Part shown: positions 11,211 through 28,004 of the stretch, piece after piece
Numbering within the stretch: position 1 is the first letter of the stretch
Layout of the letters: each line of letters opens with the position of its first letter
DNA from: the human T2T-CHM13v2.0 reference genome, Homo sapiens
Reading direction: 5' to 3' (one strand)
DNA: 64,000 nucleotides
NCBI RefSeq assembly: GCF_009914755.1
Contig: NC_060928.1
The notes under the pieces: generated by a model
What the model was told of the DNA's origin: nothing
What the model saw: only the letters and a program-made list of their open reading frames with translations
Database searches by the model: none
Position numbers and translations under genes: made by a program

Positions 11211-12147
11211 GTATTCTGGAAAGTGAGGTTTGCAGCTGGGAGTCTGGGCTGCCTCGAGGCTCCCTCCTGCTCCCTGGAATCCCCATCTTGGGGGACCATG
11301 GGTTTAGTTAATCCAAAGGAAGCCAGAATTTTATGAGCCTAAGTGTTATGAGATGGCCTAGCAAATGCAAAAAAGACTATGTGAGGTTGTGTGAGGATGT
11401 GTGTGCCAGAGGGACACAGAGACACTCCCCCTCCCACCCACCGAGCTGAGAGTCACCTGGTGTGGCCTCTGTGGGGCTGTCCCGCCATCACCGTGGCCAC
11501 AGGCCACAGTGCTGCAATGTTCACTTCCCTTGTTATTGCATGCCTTACAATTGCACCAACTGAATGATGACGAGGAAGGCATGCAAATATATGTTCACAG
11601 TGGGATTCAGTCTATTTTAGACCATGAATTCTATTTCAAATTCAATTGAAATAACACAGTTTTAATTATATCACAGGAAAATATGATTTTAAATATTATT
11701 ATTATTGTTCTACAATAGAAAAAAAATAAATTGAAAATAACTTTTGATTCTGTGTCAAGAATCATAGTTTGGTATGGTCATAACTGTCTTTTGATGACCC
11801 TTCCAGAGGGCACTGTGGAGTGGACTAAAGGTGGCAATTTGCTGTTAGGAATAGGGTTGACGGATGTTGGGGGACTAGTTTGAATGTGAGGGATTTATCT
11901 TGGCGATCCCACGTAGGGTAGTTGGTACCTGGCACAGCCTTCCTTCCACCTGGATATCCTGAGTCCTGAGAAGACCTAGTAGGGCTGGAACTAAAGCCAG
12001 GCTGAGCTTCGGCAGCCACTGTGTGTGTAGCAGTGAGAGCCTTCCAGAAGAGGGCATCACCCCAGGTGGGGAGCAGAGGAAGCTTCCAAGAAGTGGTGCC
12101 AAACCTTCAAGACAAGTCAGTCAATTTGTCAGGTTGAGAAAGGGTAA

Positions 12148-12781
<634 letters not shown>

Positions 12782-13355
12782 AGGGCAGATTCTTAAGGCA
12801 GGATAATGCTTCCTGTAAAGGAGTGATCCTGGAGTGCAGGTTTATGGACTGCTGAAATGTCAAGGGCAAGGAGGCAGTGGTGAGAATCAGGCTGGAGAGG
12901 TGACTCAGGGTGGGGTCCGCAGCCCCCGTACCAATCCACAGGGCCAGTTCTAAGACAGAGGCTTGCCCTTTGTGTGCTTCCAACTCAGGAGCCCCTGGAG
13001 TAAACAGCACTCCAACCCAGGCTCCATGTCGTGGCCACAGGAAGGCAGGTGTTCAGCTCCAACCTCCTTTCCCCCACCCACCACAGTGTTGCAGGGAACA
13101 GCTTGCTAGACCCATCTAGACACCCTGAGGTTATGGCCAGCCCTTTTCAATGCCCTAGTGAGGCTGAGTTTACCCTGCAATGGGAACTTATCATAAGAGC
13201 TCTAATCACGCTCTTCCTCTTTTCGCTTTTGGGACAAGCCAAACCTCAAGACCTTTGCACTAGTGCCCACTGCCTGAAAATCTTTTCCTTGAACATCGCA
13301 TGGCTGCCTTCTCCCTGCCACCTTCACAGAGGCCTTCCCTCGCTATACAATGTAA

Positions 13356-13764
<409 letters not shown>

Positions 13765-14383
13765 TGATCAGATTTGCACTGTAAGAGACTGCTGTGTTGA
13801 GAAAGGATTGGTGGACAGGGGGACTTTGTACAGGGAGGGTAGTGGGCAAGCTGGCTCTGTATGGGCTGAGTTGCTGTAACAAAAAGACCTTCTCTATTAT
13901 GAACCAGTCTTCCAGGTTCATGCCTGGAAGTTCTTCAAATTTAACACATGCCTTCCAAGGTTTGTTTGATTGCTGCCATTTCCAGTGGAACAAGTCCAGG
14001 ATCTGCAGTTTTGTCTTAGTAGACACTTCACTTACTTACTGCTGGCCTAAGCCTAGTCACTCAGCCACATCTAGCTGCAAGGGAGGCTGGGAAATATAGT
14101 CCCCACCAGGTAGCCTATGTCTAGCCAAAACTCAGGGGGCTGGAAGCCTAAAAGAAAGAGGGGAATGCCTCGCTAGCCAAGAGACATTATGAAAACTGTA
14201 AGAGCATCTCATCAGTGGGGATGGAGAGGAAGGCTTTGTGACCAAAGGTAGATGGAAGGGAGGGGGAAAGCAGACTTAAGAGTTCCTCCAGCTCCAGTGA
14301 TAGGGTGAAGGTGGAGAAATTCAAGAAAGGGAACATGGTGGGGAGAACCTGTGGCGATGTGCAGGTCAGGACAGTGGTTTAAG

Positions 14384-14577
14384 GCAGGGGCCACAAACTG
14401 TGGCCCATGTGGCCTGCTTTTGTAATTTTTGAAGAACACGGCAATATCTATTCACTTACGTATTGCCTATGGCTACTTTTGTGCTGCAACAGAGTTGAGG
14501 AGACATAGGCCACATGGCCCAGAAAGCAAAATATATTCACTGTCTGACCCTTTTCAGAGAAAGGTTGCCAACCTCTG
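14384..14577. mobile_element. MER58-like hAT DNA transposon
   Basis: caggggccacaaactgtggccc ... aaggttgccaacctctg ends. Confidence 0.7.
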
Positions 14578-14579
14578 GT

Positions 14580-14995
14580 TTAAGGTGCATCTGGGTGGAG
14601 ACATGTCATGAACACAGGGTTGGCTGGAGCTCTATGTGATGAGAGAACCAAAGGGAGCAGGTGAGGTGATGAGTGAATGAAATTACCCAAGGAGAGAGTG
14701 AGGGGCACACCAGGAGAGAACCTGCGAATGCCACCTAAATTTAAGAACTGGAGAGATGAGTGTTGGAAGGAGACTGAGGAATAGACAGCCATGCCCCAAG
14801 AGGACACTGGAGAGGGCTCTTTTGGGAGCCTGAAGGGAGATCTTTGTAAAGGGGATGTGTTCACAAAAGTCAAGTCCTCGGTGACCCCGACAATAGCCCT
14901 TCAGGAGTGGTGGGGACAGAAGGCAGGTCACAGGAGTTGAAGAACCAATGGAAATGAGAAAGTGGACAGAGATGTGTCGAGAGTTCTTTCAAGGA
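14580..14995 (+). mobile_element. L2 fragment
   Basis: Purine-rich L2-like tract (gagtgaatgaaattacccaaggagagagtg). Confidence 0.55.
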
Positions 14996-15066
14996 AATTA
15001 TTTCCAAAGAGAGAGGGAAAAAAGAAAACATCTTGTACTACCAGGCTGAGTGTGCAATGGGGTTGA

Positions 15067-15372
<306 letters not shown>

Positions 15373-15924
15373 AGGCTGATTTTTTTTTTTTTTTTTTTTT
15401 AGCAAAGATAAGAACTTTAGGCTTGAGATACTGAAAAATAAATAAATAAAAGTTGCAAGAGTGACACTAGGAGTATTAAGTTGGCTTGAATAACTTGAAT
15501 TAATATTTAAATGGGTGATACAAAAATCAGGTTTTCAAAAAATGGGAAGTTAAGAGATAATTTCCTCCAGAAGAATTATACACTATATAGTCTTGTTTAA
15601 ATTGCAAGCCTCTTGTGTGTTGTTTTAAAAAAATTCATTTTTACTGGTGTATGTTTAGGATTACATCAGGCAAAGTAGAGTTTGCCTATAGTTGGTATCC
15701 AATTGTATATATTGTGACCTGGACAGTTCCCTAAGAAATGATGACTTCAGATCTGAAGAAGATCTAAAATATAGCCCACTTTGACCTTGACCTTGAATTA
15801 CTTCTGTATAATGGGCCCTTTAATAATAATTAATGGAATTCACAAATAACACATGCTCAAATTTCATCATCTAAGTTGTGAGTCGCTGGATCTACTCAAG
15901 GAAGTAACATACAGACCATGTTTT

Positions 15925-17059
15925 CCAAGTTCCTTTTTATTCAAATGAATCAGAACTGCAATCTGCACATGAAAAGACCTGGGGGGAATGCCTACATCTG
16001 GAATTTCATTACATCAACGTTAAATTTTGTCCGACCAGTTCTTCATTGCTGATCACTTTTGATAATGACAGATCCAACATGAAACTCCTGAAGCAAATGA
16101 ATATTTACCTTGTGCTTTCATGCAAATTTAGGGACCAAACTCAAAGGTTTCATCCATGCTGGACACCAGATCTAAGAATTGTGACAGGATCTTCTCATAT
16201 TTCATTTTAGAACACTTGATACTAGTCTGATGATACTCATGTTAGCTGCACTCCAATTAATGTTTATCCTAATGCAACAGAAAACTCTGTTAAACTGTAC
16301 ACCGTAATTGGCATCTGTTAAAACAACTCCACTTTTGAACGAACAGCATTTCTCTCTCAAGATCTCTCTCTCTCTTTTGAATTTGTCAGATGGAGTTACG
16401 CAGGTTTCTCTATGATTGCTTTTGCATGCCATTTCCAAGTGGAACATGGCCAATCTTTGATAAAGTATAATAGATGAAAATCTCTGCGTGAAGAATATGC
16501 TGTAGGTTTCACACACTTTTAGTGAAAATGGATTATTTTCAACAGCACCAAGAAGTCAATGGTGACTTATTTAGCTCATTTAGAAGAAAGTCCTATAATA
16601 CTCATTTGTTTAAAAAACTCTGTGGTAACAAAAGGTATATACACCGTTTACTGTACACAAAATGCATCTTTCCTGTAAACTGGTGTGTGTTCAGCACACT
16701 CCACACATGGCAATATGTTAGAATCTAGCCATCACATTTGATAGAGTTTTGATAGAAATGCATCCAATGGGAACAAACACCCCATATGTTGTAGTGTCTA
16801 AATAGAAACTCAGTGTAAAAAAGTAAAAAACAAAAATAGACAGGAAGGGAGGGAGTCATCCTTGAATAGTGATGGACCATGGACTATAACGTGATTGTGT
16901 TCATTCTTAAAGCACTACCCAGAGACCAATGGTGCCGTTGCCTTGGTGCCCGCCTGAGTCACTACGTTGCCACTGGCGTTGCTCCTGGATTTGGAAAGTC
17001 CTTGTAGACCCAGAAACTACCAAAAATCTGTGATCCTTTCCACTTTGAGTATCCTGATG
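15925..17059 (-). other. PROM1: PROM1 terminal exon (3' UTR)
   Basis: Acceptor TTTCAG|CATCAGG at 17060/17059; matches recalled PROM1 3' UTR; 3' end approximate. Confidence 0.9.
15936..15941 (-). terminator. PROM1: PROM1 polyadenylation signal AATAAA
   Basis: tttatt on plus strand about 1.1 kb into the terminal exon. Confidence 0.85.
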
Positions 17060-17269
17060 CTGAAATGAAAGTTAAACACAATTTTAGAAATTGCTTTTGA
17101 ATTAATAAAGAGAAAACCAGGAATGCATAATCCTAAAATGGTCCCCACCAGGAGCCTAAGAACTAAGGAAAATATAAACTCGTTCAAGAGGCACAGCAAT
17201 ATGTTTGTTGCAAAGCAATCTGTTAAAATATAGCAATATAGAAAAAAACTTTGTGGTTTTTGTTTATTT

Positions 17270-18161
<892 letters not shown>

Positions 18162-18331
18162 CCTTATTTTTTTACTTAAAAAATCTTATCTTTTTAAGTA
18201 AAAAAATTTTATTTTTTTAATATACACCCACATACTCACTGTGTGTGTGTATATATATATATAAATACACACACATTTATATAGCAATGCATATATATAC
18301 AGAGAGGGTCACTGTATCGTATGTATACATG

Positions 18332-18589
18332 CAGTCGTCCCTCTGGATCCATGTGGGATTGGTTCCAGAACCGCTACACACATCCTCCTACATACTGTAT
18401 ATCATCTCTAGATCACTCAAAATACCTAATACAATGTAAGTGTTATGTAAGTAGCTGTTATACTGTATTGTTTTTATTATTTTTATTTTTGTACTGTTAT
18501 TTAAAAAAAATTTTTTTAGAGTATTTTTGATCCACAGTTGGTTGAATCAATCGGTGGATGTGGAACCTGCAGGTACAGAGGGTGGACTG
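18332..18589. mobile_element. Tigger-family DNA transposon remnant
   Basis: cagtcgtccctctggatccatg ... gtacagagggtggactg inverted termini. Confidence 0.7.
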
Positions 18590-18756
18590 GACATATAAAA
18601 TATCTTGTCTAATATACTGATCTAGATTTCCCACTTAATGTGGCAATGTATTAGGAATAGCTATGTTTTGATGTTCTAAAAACTAAAAACTATAGTCCTG
18701 TAGATTCTCTTCAATGAAAGCATCAAACTTACCTCAAGCAGTTTCAACATCAGCTA

Positions 18757-18772
18757 TCAATGTTGTGATGGG
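18757..18772 (-). CDS. PROM1: PROM1 last coding exon (PSQH*); whole exon 18733-18772
   Basis: TTTTAG|C CCA TCA CAA CAT TGA; donor GAG|GTAAGT at 18733, 24 nt after the stop. Confidence 0.95.
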
Positions 18773-19936
18773 CTAAAAAACAAAAAAATAAAGAAATATA
18801 ATACCCCCAACAAAGCTGTGGGTGGTTTCATCACCTCTGTGCTAAGAAGCAGGCATGTGACTAAAGGTACAGACGAATATAAACCACACCTCATAAAGTT
18901 TATCAAGAAGAATGTGTCAGACAAAACACTGGTTACTCTAGCTTCTGTTTGTATTGCTTTTAAAAACAGCACAGAAGATAAAGAGGATAAACAGACTATG
19001 ACAAGTAAGAATTGTGAATATTCACAATCTAAGGTTAAAAGTGTTAAGAGTCACTAAGAATACGTGTTGAAGACATTAGACCAGCAGCAACACAGCAGTA
19101 CACATGTCTACCACAAGAGTCTTTCTAAAGTCCACTTCTAGGACAGAAGACAGAAGCAAATGGAAGTTCCGCAGGGACCTTGTTACAACTACAAATTCCT
19201 GGGTGTAAGATCAGGCAGTGCACACGGCCTCTAAGTGGCTCTCTGGGTGAACCATCAACAGTAGCCCTAGTGTCCTCTAAAGTGACTCTGTGATAATGGC
19301 CTTGACAACCAAAAAGGTATACGCCAGGGGGAGACTAGTGAACTCCATCTGGAAGGTCGGCAGTTTCAACTCTGGCACACCCTGCCCGACTGTGACTTCA
19401 GGTGGATCACAACCCCTCTGAACCTGCAGGATCCACCGTGCCTCACTGCAGTGCTGCATCAGACACATGAGGTTGGGGGAGGACATGCACGGAGGACATC
19501 AGGGCATCTGCCAGGCAAGACATTCCTTCTAAAGTTTTTCACTTTAGAAAGTGCACATGCTTGGTTCTGTGTGCCTCTTCTTGCACTACCTTTTATGCTT
19601 TCGGTAAAGAAACAAACTCTTTATCGAAAGGGCTCAAAGGGCCCCTGGAAAAGGGTGCAAGCAGGGGCTGGCTCAATCTCTTGTTACTGTCCACCTCACC
19701 AGGACCTGGAGCTGAACATTATGAAGGACTGTAGGCTCTGGCAATCATTTCCAAAGAACATCTACATTTGCCTTATTGAGCAGAGGGATGCTGGGCACAC
19801 TAACAGGATCACTGGTTCTTCTCCTCCTGCCTAGCATTGCCTCTCCTCCAGACAGTATATCCATCCTATCCTGGAAGAGAGGGAACTCTGGAGACCTCAG
19901 AAGCAGGAAATGAGCAAAACAAGCCAATTTAAGCAG

Positions 19937-20301
19937 TGTCTTAGTATGTTTTCTGCTGCTATAACAGAATATCAGAGACTGGGTAACTTACAAAGAAAAA
20001 AATATGTTTTTCACAGTTCTGAAGGCCACGAAGTCCAAGAACCTGGTGCTGGCATCTGGTGAGGGCTTTCATGACGCATCATCCCATAATGGAAGGGCAA
20101 ATGAGTGCAAGAGACAGACAGGGAATGGGGTCGAGCTTCCTCCTTTTATCAGGAGCCCACTCCCATGATAATGGCATTAATCCATTTATGAAGGCAGAAC
20201 TCTCATGACTTAACCACCTGTCCAAGGTCTCGCCTGTTAATATAGTCACAATGGCAATTAAATCTCAACATGAGTTTTGGAGGGGACAATGAAACTATAG
20301 C
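19937..20301 (-). mobile_element. MST-family MaLR solo LTR
   Basis: tgtcttagtatgttttctgctgctataacagaatatcagagactgggtaa... motif. Confidence 0.8.
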
Positions 20302-20868
20302 AAGTAACTAAAACTAATCCTGGAAGCTCCTGATGTAAGAGAAACAAAGGGCCTTAGGTGAGACCATAACTGGAGGATACATTTCTTCAGGCCATTAGGA
20401 TTTGGGCTCTGAATGATAACTTCCTGGGTGCCCAACACAATAAAGCAATAAAATAAAGAAGGCCAATACATGACATCTGAGACTCTCCTGTCTCCAGAGT
20501 AGACATCACACACTGATGACAGTACTTTTGAGTCAGTCTGGATTAAACCTCCAGATTTCAATCAACACAACACAACAGGGCTCTGAGCAGCCGGACAACA
20601 GAGAGAAGTTGGCCCAGGAGGTGGAATCTGTTTGTCAATGATGCACTATCCCCTTCACAGAAAAAGGAAGGTCCTGGCCCCCGAAGAACCTGAAACATCA
20701 CACAAGGGAAGGGGCTCCAAGCACCCTCTACAAGACCTATGCAGCCAGAACCTACACAGGTGAGGGTCAGCTGCTGTTTATGTAGCATTCCCCGGGATCC
20801 ACCTGCTTCCTCCTCTAGGCTGCAGAGGTGCAGCCATGCGGACCCCTCCTACTTCTATCTAAGAATCT

Positions 20869-21160
<292 letters not shown>

Positions 21161-21757
21161 CTACAGAGCATGCACAATGAACACCATCTACAGCCGAACT
21201 AGCAAGAAGGTGGTTCACAGACATATTTTGTTGGGCCCCCATGGTGTTTTTTTCTCCACATTGTTTGCTAACATTAAAAAGGGTAATTTCATATGAAAAT
21301 CAGATTTCTGTCCTTTTCAGATAGAGTTTCTAGCAACACTTGCCTCTTATTTGTTCCCCTTTCTGCCAATTTGATAGTCTTCAGAGTGAAGACTGGGAAA
21401 AATAATCAAATTTTTCTGTGGTCTTTCCACCCGTTTTGGGAACTTTTCTTTGCCCACCTGCCTTTGGGAGAATAGGAGAAATAGCTCAAATCATAGCTTG
21501 GCCCTGGCTAGCTGTAGAGACCTGGGCATGGCCTACACGTCCCTGAGTCTATCTGCAAAAGACAGACAACAAGGCGGTGACGACAGCCATAGAGGGCCGA
21601 TGTGGGGCCTGCGCAGGATGAGGCAGGGTGGTCATCCTGCCCGGTTCCTGGGGCTGCTGGACCAACACTGGTGTTTGTTTGCTCTCAAGCCTTTGTGGTC
21701 TCACAGGAAGCAACTTTCTCTCCTGATCTCTCATCTCAGAGCTAGAAAGAGTAAGTT

Positions 21758-21797
21758 TACACACACACATACAGACACACACACACAGACACACACA

Positions 21798-21839
<42 letters not shown>
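21758..21839. repeat. (CA)n-(CT)n compound microsatellite
   Basis: Direct reading. Confidence 0.95.
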
Positions 21840-21840
<1 letters not shown>

Positions 21841-22332
21841 AAGAACTCCCTAGCAGCTGAAAGATCACAATCCGAGTGACCTCTAGTGATCCATGAAAGG
21901 CCAGGAAGAAGGTTCAGAAACAAGTCACCCAATATTTCCTGAAATGAAAATGCCTCCACTTGCTCCGCAGACTGTGGGAGACAGAAGCATCGTTGGAAAA
22001 AAAAAATCCAGGCTTACGTAGGTTTATATGAAAGTCTATTAACTTTTCCTTCAAACAAAAGCAAACAGCCACAGACTGTATAATGGACTAATTACAGTGT
22101 GCGTGTGTGTGTTTAAGAAATAAATAGAAATAAAAGAAAAAGAGACCAAAAAAAACTAGTTTATGAAACTGAGTTTGCCACTCAGAAGCAGCCCACTTCA
22201 TGGTTCTTATTTAAGAGAATTCTCCTGGGAAACGCTCCATGAAGCAATATTAGTTGTCAAACTGCTCCTCACTTGGTAAGTACTAGTGTCCTGGTTTGCA
22301 GAAGGCTTTTCTTTTGTTCTTACATTAAATAA

Positions 22333-22465
22333 TTTTTTTTTTCATTTATAAACACAGGGTCTTGTTGTGTTGCCCAGGCTGGTTTTGAACTCCTGGGCTC
22401 AAGTGATCCTCTGTCCTCAGCCTCCCAAGGTGCTGGGATTAAAGGCGTGAGCCACCGCATCAGCC
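22333..22465 (-). mobile_element. Alu monomer (FLAM-like)
   Basis: Single antisense left arm. Confidence 0.8.
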
Positions 22466-22832
22466 AGAGTCTTTTCTAGAATAGCCTAGCACCTTCTCTT
22501 TGCACTGATCATTTTCCTCCTAAACCTAGCTTTGTCCTGAAATGCAGGCAACACCTGAAAACTGTTGGCGATAAACACTGGGGGAAATCACAGTCTCAAG
22601 CTGTGTGAAGGAGGCACCAATTCGGGCTCATTTGTACAGAAGGTATCATGAGGTGTCGGCTAATATCCAGAGCCCAGCTGGTGTCATCAATGGAAGCTAA
22701 GTGGAGCTGGCTCAGCTAACAGATTAGAGCCACACTTAGTTATCTTCTGAATCACCTTTGGGTTCCTTCCATTGGAAATGTTAAGGTAATAAGAAAAGAT
22801 TATGGTCATTATAGTGAACCACAAACCCTTAA

Positions 22833-23213
<381 letters not shown>

Positions 23214-25271
23214 CTCAAAGCTCTTATTATTCCCTCCTTCTACAAGTGAGAAAACTGAGTCTCAAGGACATTAAATAGCACTTCCACAATGACACATGGA
23301 GGCAGAGCTAGAATCCACTCCAACTCAGACCCCTGGGACCTCTAGGAGGGTCTGGGTGGAAAAGAAAGGTGTCCCAATGTCCCTAGAGTTTCTGGGATGT
23401 CATTTCCTAACCTTCTGCAAATAAACCAAATCAAAACTATGATTCTTCACTGACTGCCTGTAGACGGGCTGAACATCCAGGAGACTTGCCAGGGTTCCCA
23501 CTGGAGGTGGGTGTGCAGGAATGAAAACAAGTCTCGATTTAATTGTTACCATGAAAGATGCTTCAGCGAAACTCACATAAGGTGTCACTCAGTCTCTGGG
23601 ATTCTTCTCTTACTGAAACAAAACACTTCAACCCACCCTTGGAGCTCTACTATAGAACACAGAATATAGAAAGTAGAAAAAAATTCAAGTGTGCTGTGGA
23701 CCGTTAAGGAAGGACGTCCAACATTAGTATATCCCTAGCCCCAGGCTTCACAGGTGTATGAAGTGCTAGGCCCTTAACAAAGACAAGTCCTTCCAATGTC
23801 TGTCGTAAGCAGAATGACCACAGAATCATCCTAAAGCTTCATTTATGTATTTAATAGAACAATGGCATTTAATCTAGTTCGAATTTCAACACTAAAAGCC
23901 CAAGATGAAATGTTCATTAGCAAGTGAGAAGAGTGGCATTTCTCAACACCGACTAGGGCTGTTTTCTAACATTTTCCTGTTTTCCATCATCATGCCTTTT
24001 TTCTTGTACAGCAAGTTAAATCCAAGAGTTATCAAGTCTTATGCTGTTCCAGCAATGTGAGTAAAAACTAGTAAATAAGGAGAGCTACGACAACCTTCTT
24101 GAGCCTAGAGAATTAAGTCTTTGACGCTACACGCAGGACATCTGTGGCACTAATAGGTGCTCGGTTATTCTCTTCTAGATGCTAGAACTGGAAGTCTACC
24201 CTCCTTTGTGGGAAAGGTCTCACGTGGTGGCATAAGACAGAAGACAGCTGACGCCTGCCTATTTCCAGCACTCAGATCTGAAGCTGGGGATTAGCCAGAG
24301 TCCAGTTGGCTGTGATGGTCATGCCTAAGTGACAAAGGTCTGTGGCAGTACTGGTGTGCTGAGAGGACCCTGGCATCTCAAAGGCTGTCTTGTCAACTTG
24401 CACACTGACACCTCCCTTTCAATTGCAGGAGGACTTATTGGATGCAGCACATTCTTCCAGGCCTACCAGTGCATCTGCTTCTCAGGGAGCCGTGGAGTTG
24501 TGCCTTCTAGATTCCCTTTTAGGAATGACTTGCCTCCAGCTGGGGGCAGCATGGTCAGCAGAGAGCCTCCAGCTGTCAGAGCCTACCACTCTGACAGCAG
24601 AGCCTACAGCTCTATGGCAGTGCTGCTCCAGCCCTGGGAGCAGTGACTGGGGGAGGAGGGGGTGCAAAGACTTAGCTAATCTGTAATGATTAGCCCAGTG
24701 TGGGCAACTCCCTACAGGCCATGCTTGATCCAGAGCTCCTGCCTAGTCGGGCCAAGGCTTTGGCAGGCCAACCTTGACTTCTCCCCCTTTTTTTCACAAC
24801 CATGGCTCCTCATAAACATCCTGCACTCCAAACTCCATTTGAGCACTGCTTCCAGAAAGCCTGCCTGTGGCAGCCTCCACCCAGGCTTGCGTCTCTCTCT
24901 CTCTAGCATCTTCCAGGCAGCCTGGATGACTCTTCTTAGAACAGAGAGTACTTTCAGTGCCTTCACAACCAACAGGCAAACACCAGGAAGCAATTCTACA
25001 AATTCAAAGCAGTCCTAGAAGATCCGATGTTAGGGCAACATAGGTAATTGAGAACAGCTGTCCTCTGATCTTGAAAATTTCAGTCCATATATATAAGACA
25101 CCCTCCAAGCATGCTACACCGCAAAAAGGAAGGCCAGGACATTATGCAGGCAGCCGTACTGTCTACTCTCCCCAGAGCACACCTGGCTAATTGATACTTA
25201 AATCGATCTTCAACTCTGTCACAACACAGCACTCTAGCCACCAAGCCTTGCATACTGGAAGTATCAGATGA

Positions 25272-25594
<323 letters not shown>

Positions 25595-25689
25595 CAAGAA
25601 CTTGATTTTTTTAATTATCACCATTTCTTCTCTGATCTGAATGTTTGTGCACTCTTAAAATTCATACATTGACGTCATAATCACGGTGA

Positions 25690-25950
25690 CGCTTTAGGTC
25701 ATGAAGGCAAAGCCCTCATTAGTCTCTCATTAACGCCCTTAGAGAATAGACCCCAAGGAGCCAGCTTGCCCTTTCCACCATGTGAGGATTTGGCAAGACA
25801 ACGCCACCTATGAGAAAGTGGTCCTTCACCGGACACCGAATCTGATGGCACCTTGATCTTGTATTCCAGCCTCCAGAACTGTGAGAAATAAACCCTGATG
25901 TTTATAAGCTACCCAGTTTAAGGCATTTCATTATAGCAGCTGGAATGCAC
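25690..25950 (+). mobile_element. MLT1A-like LTR fragment
   Basis: 'ggcaccttgatcttgtattccagcctccagaactgtgagaaataaa' motif. Confidence 0.75.
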
Positions 25951-26676
25951 TCAGTTAACTTCTCTTCCCCTAAATGGAAAATCATAATGAAAAGTTCTGA
26001 TTTTTTTACAATGTTCAAAGTTTTAAGTTCAGGAAGCCATTTACCTCTTGAAAGGACAAATTTTAATGACTTTCTGGTTCTGTTCATCTTGAAATCTGAC
26101 CAAGGTGGAGCATCAACTGTTACTAGGTAATATTGCTTAAGATAAGGATGTGCCTGACTGGTAAGCAGCTTCTGGCCTGGGAGGCTCTAAATATAAATAC
26201 CTGGTGTGAAGCCAAAGCTGTGGGCTTACCTGAATGTGGGCACTTTTAACTGGATGCCTCCCATGTGGAGCGTGGGCCTTCTAAGGTGGATCTCCCCCAT
26301 GCACCAACGTTAGACTCACCCTTTTGCATCTGAGACATCACTGTGGGGAGCGGGCTCGGGGGAGCACTGGCGGGCCAGCTGTATGGGCGTGGGAAGGATC
26401 ACGCCCACTGAAGAGGACAGCCCACTGCTGCCCTGCTGCCCTGCACACTATGTCTCCACCTCTTATAAGCAGATAGGTCCCTGGCTGACGTGTGGGTCTG
26501 AATTCTTAGTAGAGCCTCAGAAGAGGACAGACCTCTGGCAAGCAAAGCTCAGAGTTACCTGACATATGATATATCCAGAACCACAGAAGCTCCTTAATTC
26601 TAGAGAATGTAAATTCATAAAGATTTCGGAGGAATAATTGAGGTTCTTTTTCTGGTTGGTTACAGTTAATTTATTG

Positions 26677-26756
26677 GAAGGAAGGAAAAAAGGAAGGAAG
26701 GAAGGAAAGAAGGAAGGAAGGAAGGAAGGAAGGAAAGAAAGAAGGAAGGAAGGAAA
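26677..26756. repeat. (GGAA)n microsatellite
   Basis: Direct reading. Confidence 0.95.
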
Positions 26757-27095
26757 AGCTTTGAAAACTGTAACTACTCAGGTTATTTGGTGCAGAGAAA
26801 TTCTAAATGCAAGGTATGCATGCATTTAATCTGTAATGATCTACAGCCATACATAGCATTTTAAGATGACACCAAATTTTAGTTGCTGAATAATTCCATT
26901 GTTTAGAAATCGACTGAACATTTAAACTCATGGCATCATGGAACACTATGTAGAGCATGATTGGAGACTAGCATTGATAAAGTATCATACAGAGAGAAGT
27001 GAAGGCATCAGCAGCATGCAGAAAATTCAGTGCTGATCTATAGGAGATGAGACGGTTTATCATAGGGCGGGCATGCACTTCCAGACTTTGCTTTA

Positions 27096-27224
<129 letters not shown>

Positions 27225-27582
27225 TCATGGATTACAAAGACAATGTAATGGTCATGAAAAGTATGTAACAATTTGTTAAATCTAAAAAAAAGACAAATGA
27301 GTAATTGACATTTTGCTCCTTTTAAACTTCAAAGACCAAAGGACTACTTTATAGATTAATAAACTTAACATATAAAATTTCATTAATTCATCAAGTATTT
27401 CTTGAGCACCCTCTATGTGCCAACCCTCTTTTTAAGACCATTGCAATTTATTTTTGCCTGTACAGATCTGCTGTTTCTACATAATTTTAAGATGTTAATA
27501 ACTTAATTTTTAAAGTCCATTACATAATAATATCAACCTCCCCCATCCCATCTAGGAATATAGTTTTTTTAAAAAGGCTTAC

Positions 27583-27606
27583 TTTTTCATGGGTATAGTT
27601 TCAACA
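27583..27606 (-). CDS. PROM1: PROM1 facultative C-terminal exon, 24 nt (VETIPMK)
   Basis: ATAG|TGTTGAA ... GAAAAA|GTAAGC. Confidence 0.95.
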
Positions 27607-27979
27607 CTATAAAATACAAAAAAGGGAGATAAAATTAATTTTTTTAATTATTATGAAAGCTCAGCAACTACATCCCCCAAATATTTACTCTAACACGGAT
27701 ACTGACAGTGCAAACTCAGGAAAGACCCATGTTGAAAGATAAGTGAAGTGAAAAACAAGGCATACACATTCACCAGACACAGAATGAGGGGCAGACTACA
27801 GAGCCAAAATGGAAAGTGTAAAAACAGTTATCATAAAGTGAAATGCCAGGTCCCCGAGAGAGAGGAACTGCAAACAAGAAATAAAAAGGCTGGTTAGGGA
27901 AGCTGAGAGGATTAAGCAAGAGGAAAAAAGTAGTTAAAACAAGTATAGAAAAATCAGTACCAAGAAAAAAAAAATTCAC

Positions 27980-28004
27980 CTGAACAGAAGTGACCCAACT
28001 ACTA
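27980..28004 (-). CDS. PROM1: PROM1 alternative 25-nt exon (SSWVTSVQ)
   Basis: Poly-T + AG|TAGTAGTTGG...CAG|GTGAAT; peptide matches a recalled PROM1 splice variant ending SSWVTSVQC. Confidence 0.75.

Noticed and set aside
16202-16516. 104-aa ORF in the PROM1 3' UTR
   Set aside because: Non-ATG start and no recognisable homology; within chance expectation
26220-26560. Further donor-like sites CAG|GTAAGC (26230) and CAG|GTAACT (near 26559)
   Set aside because: No convincing paired acceptor or frame found by eye
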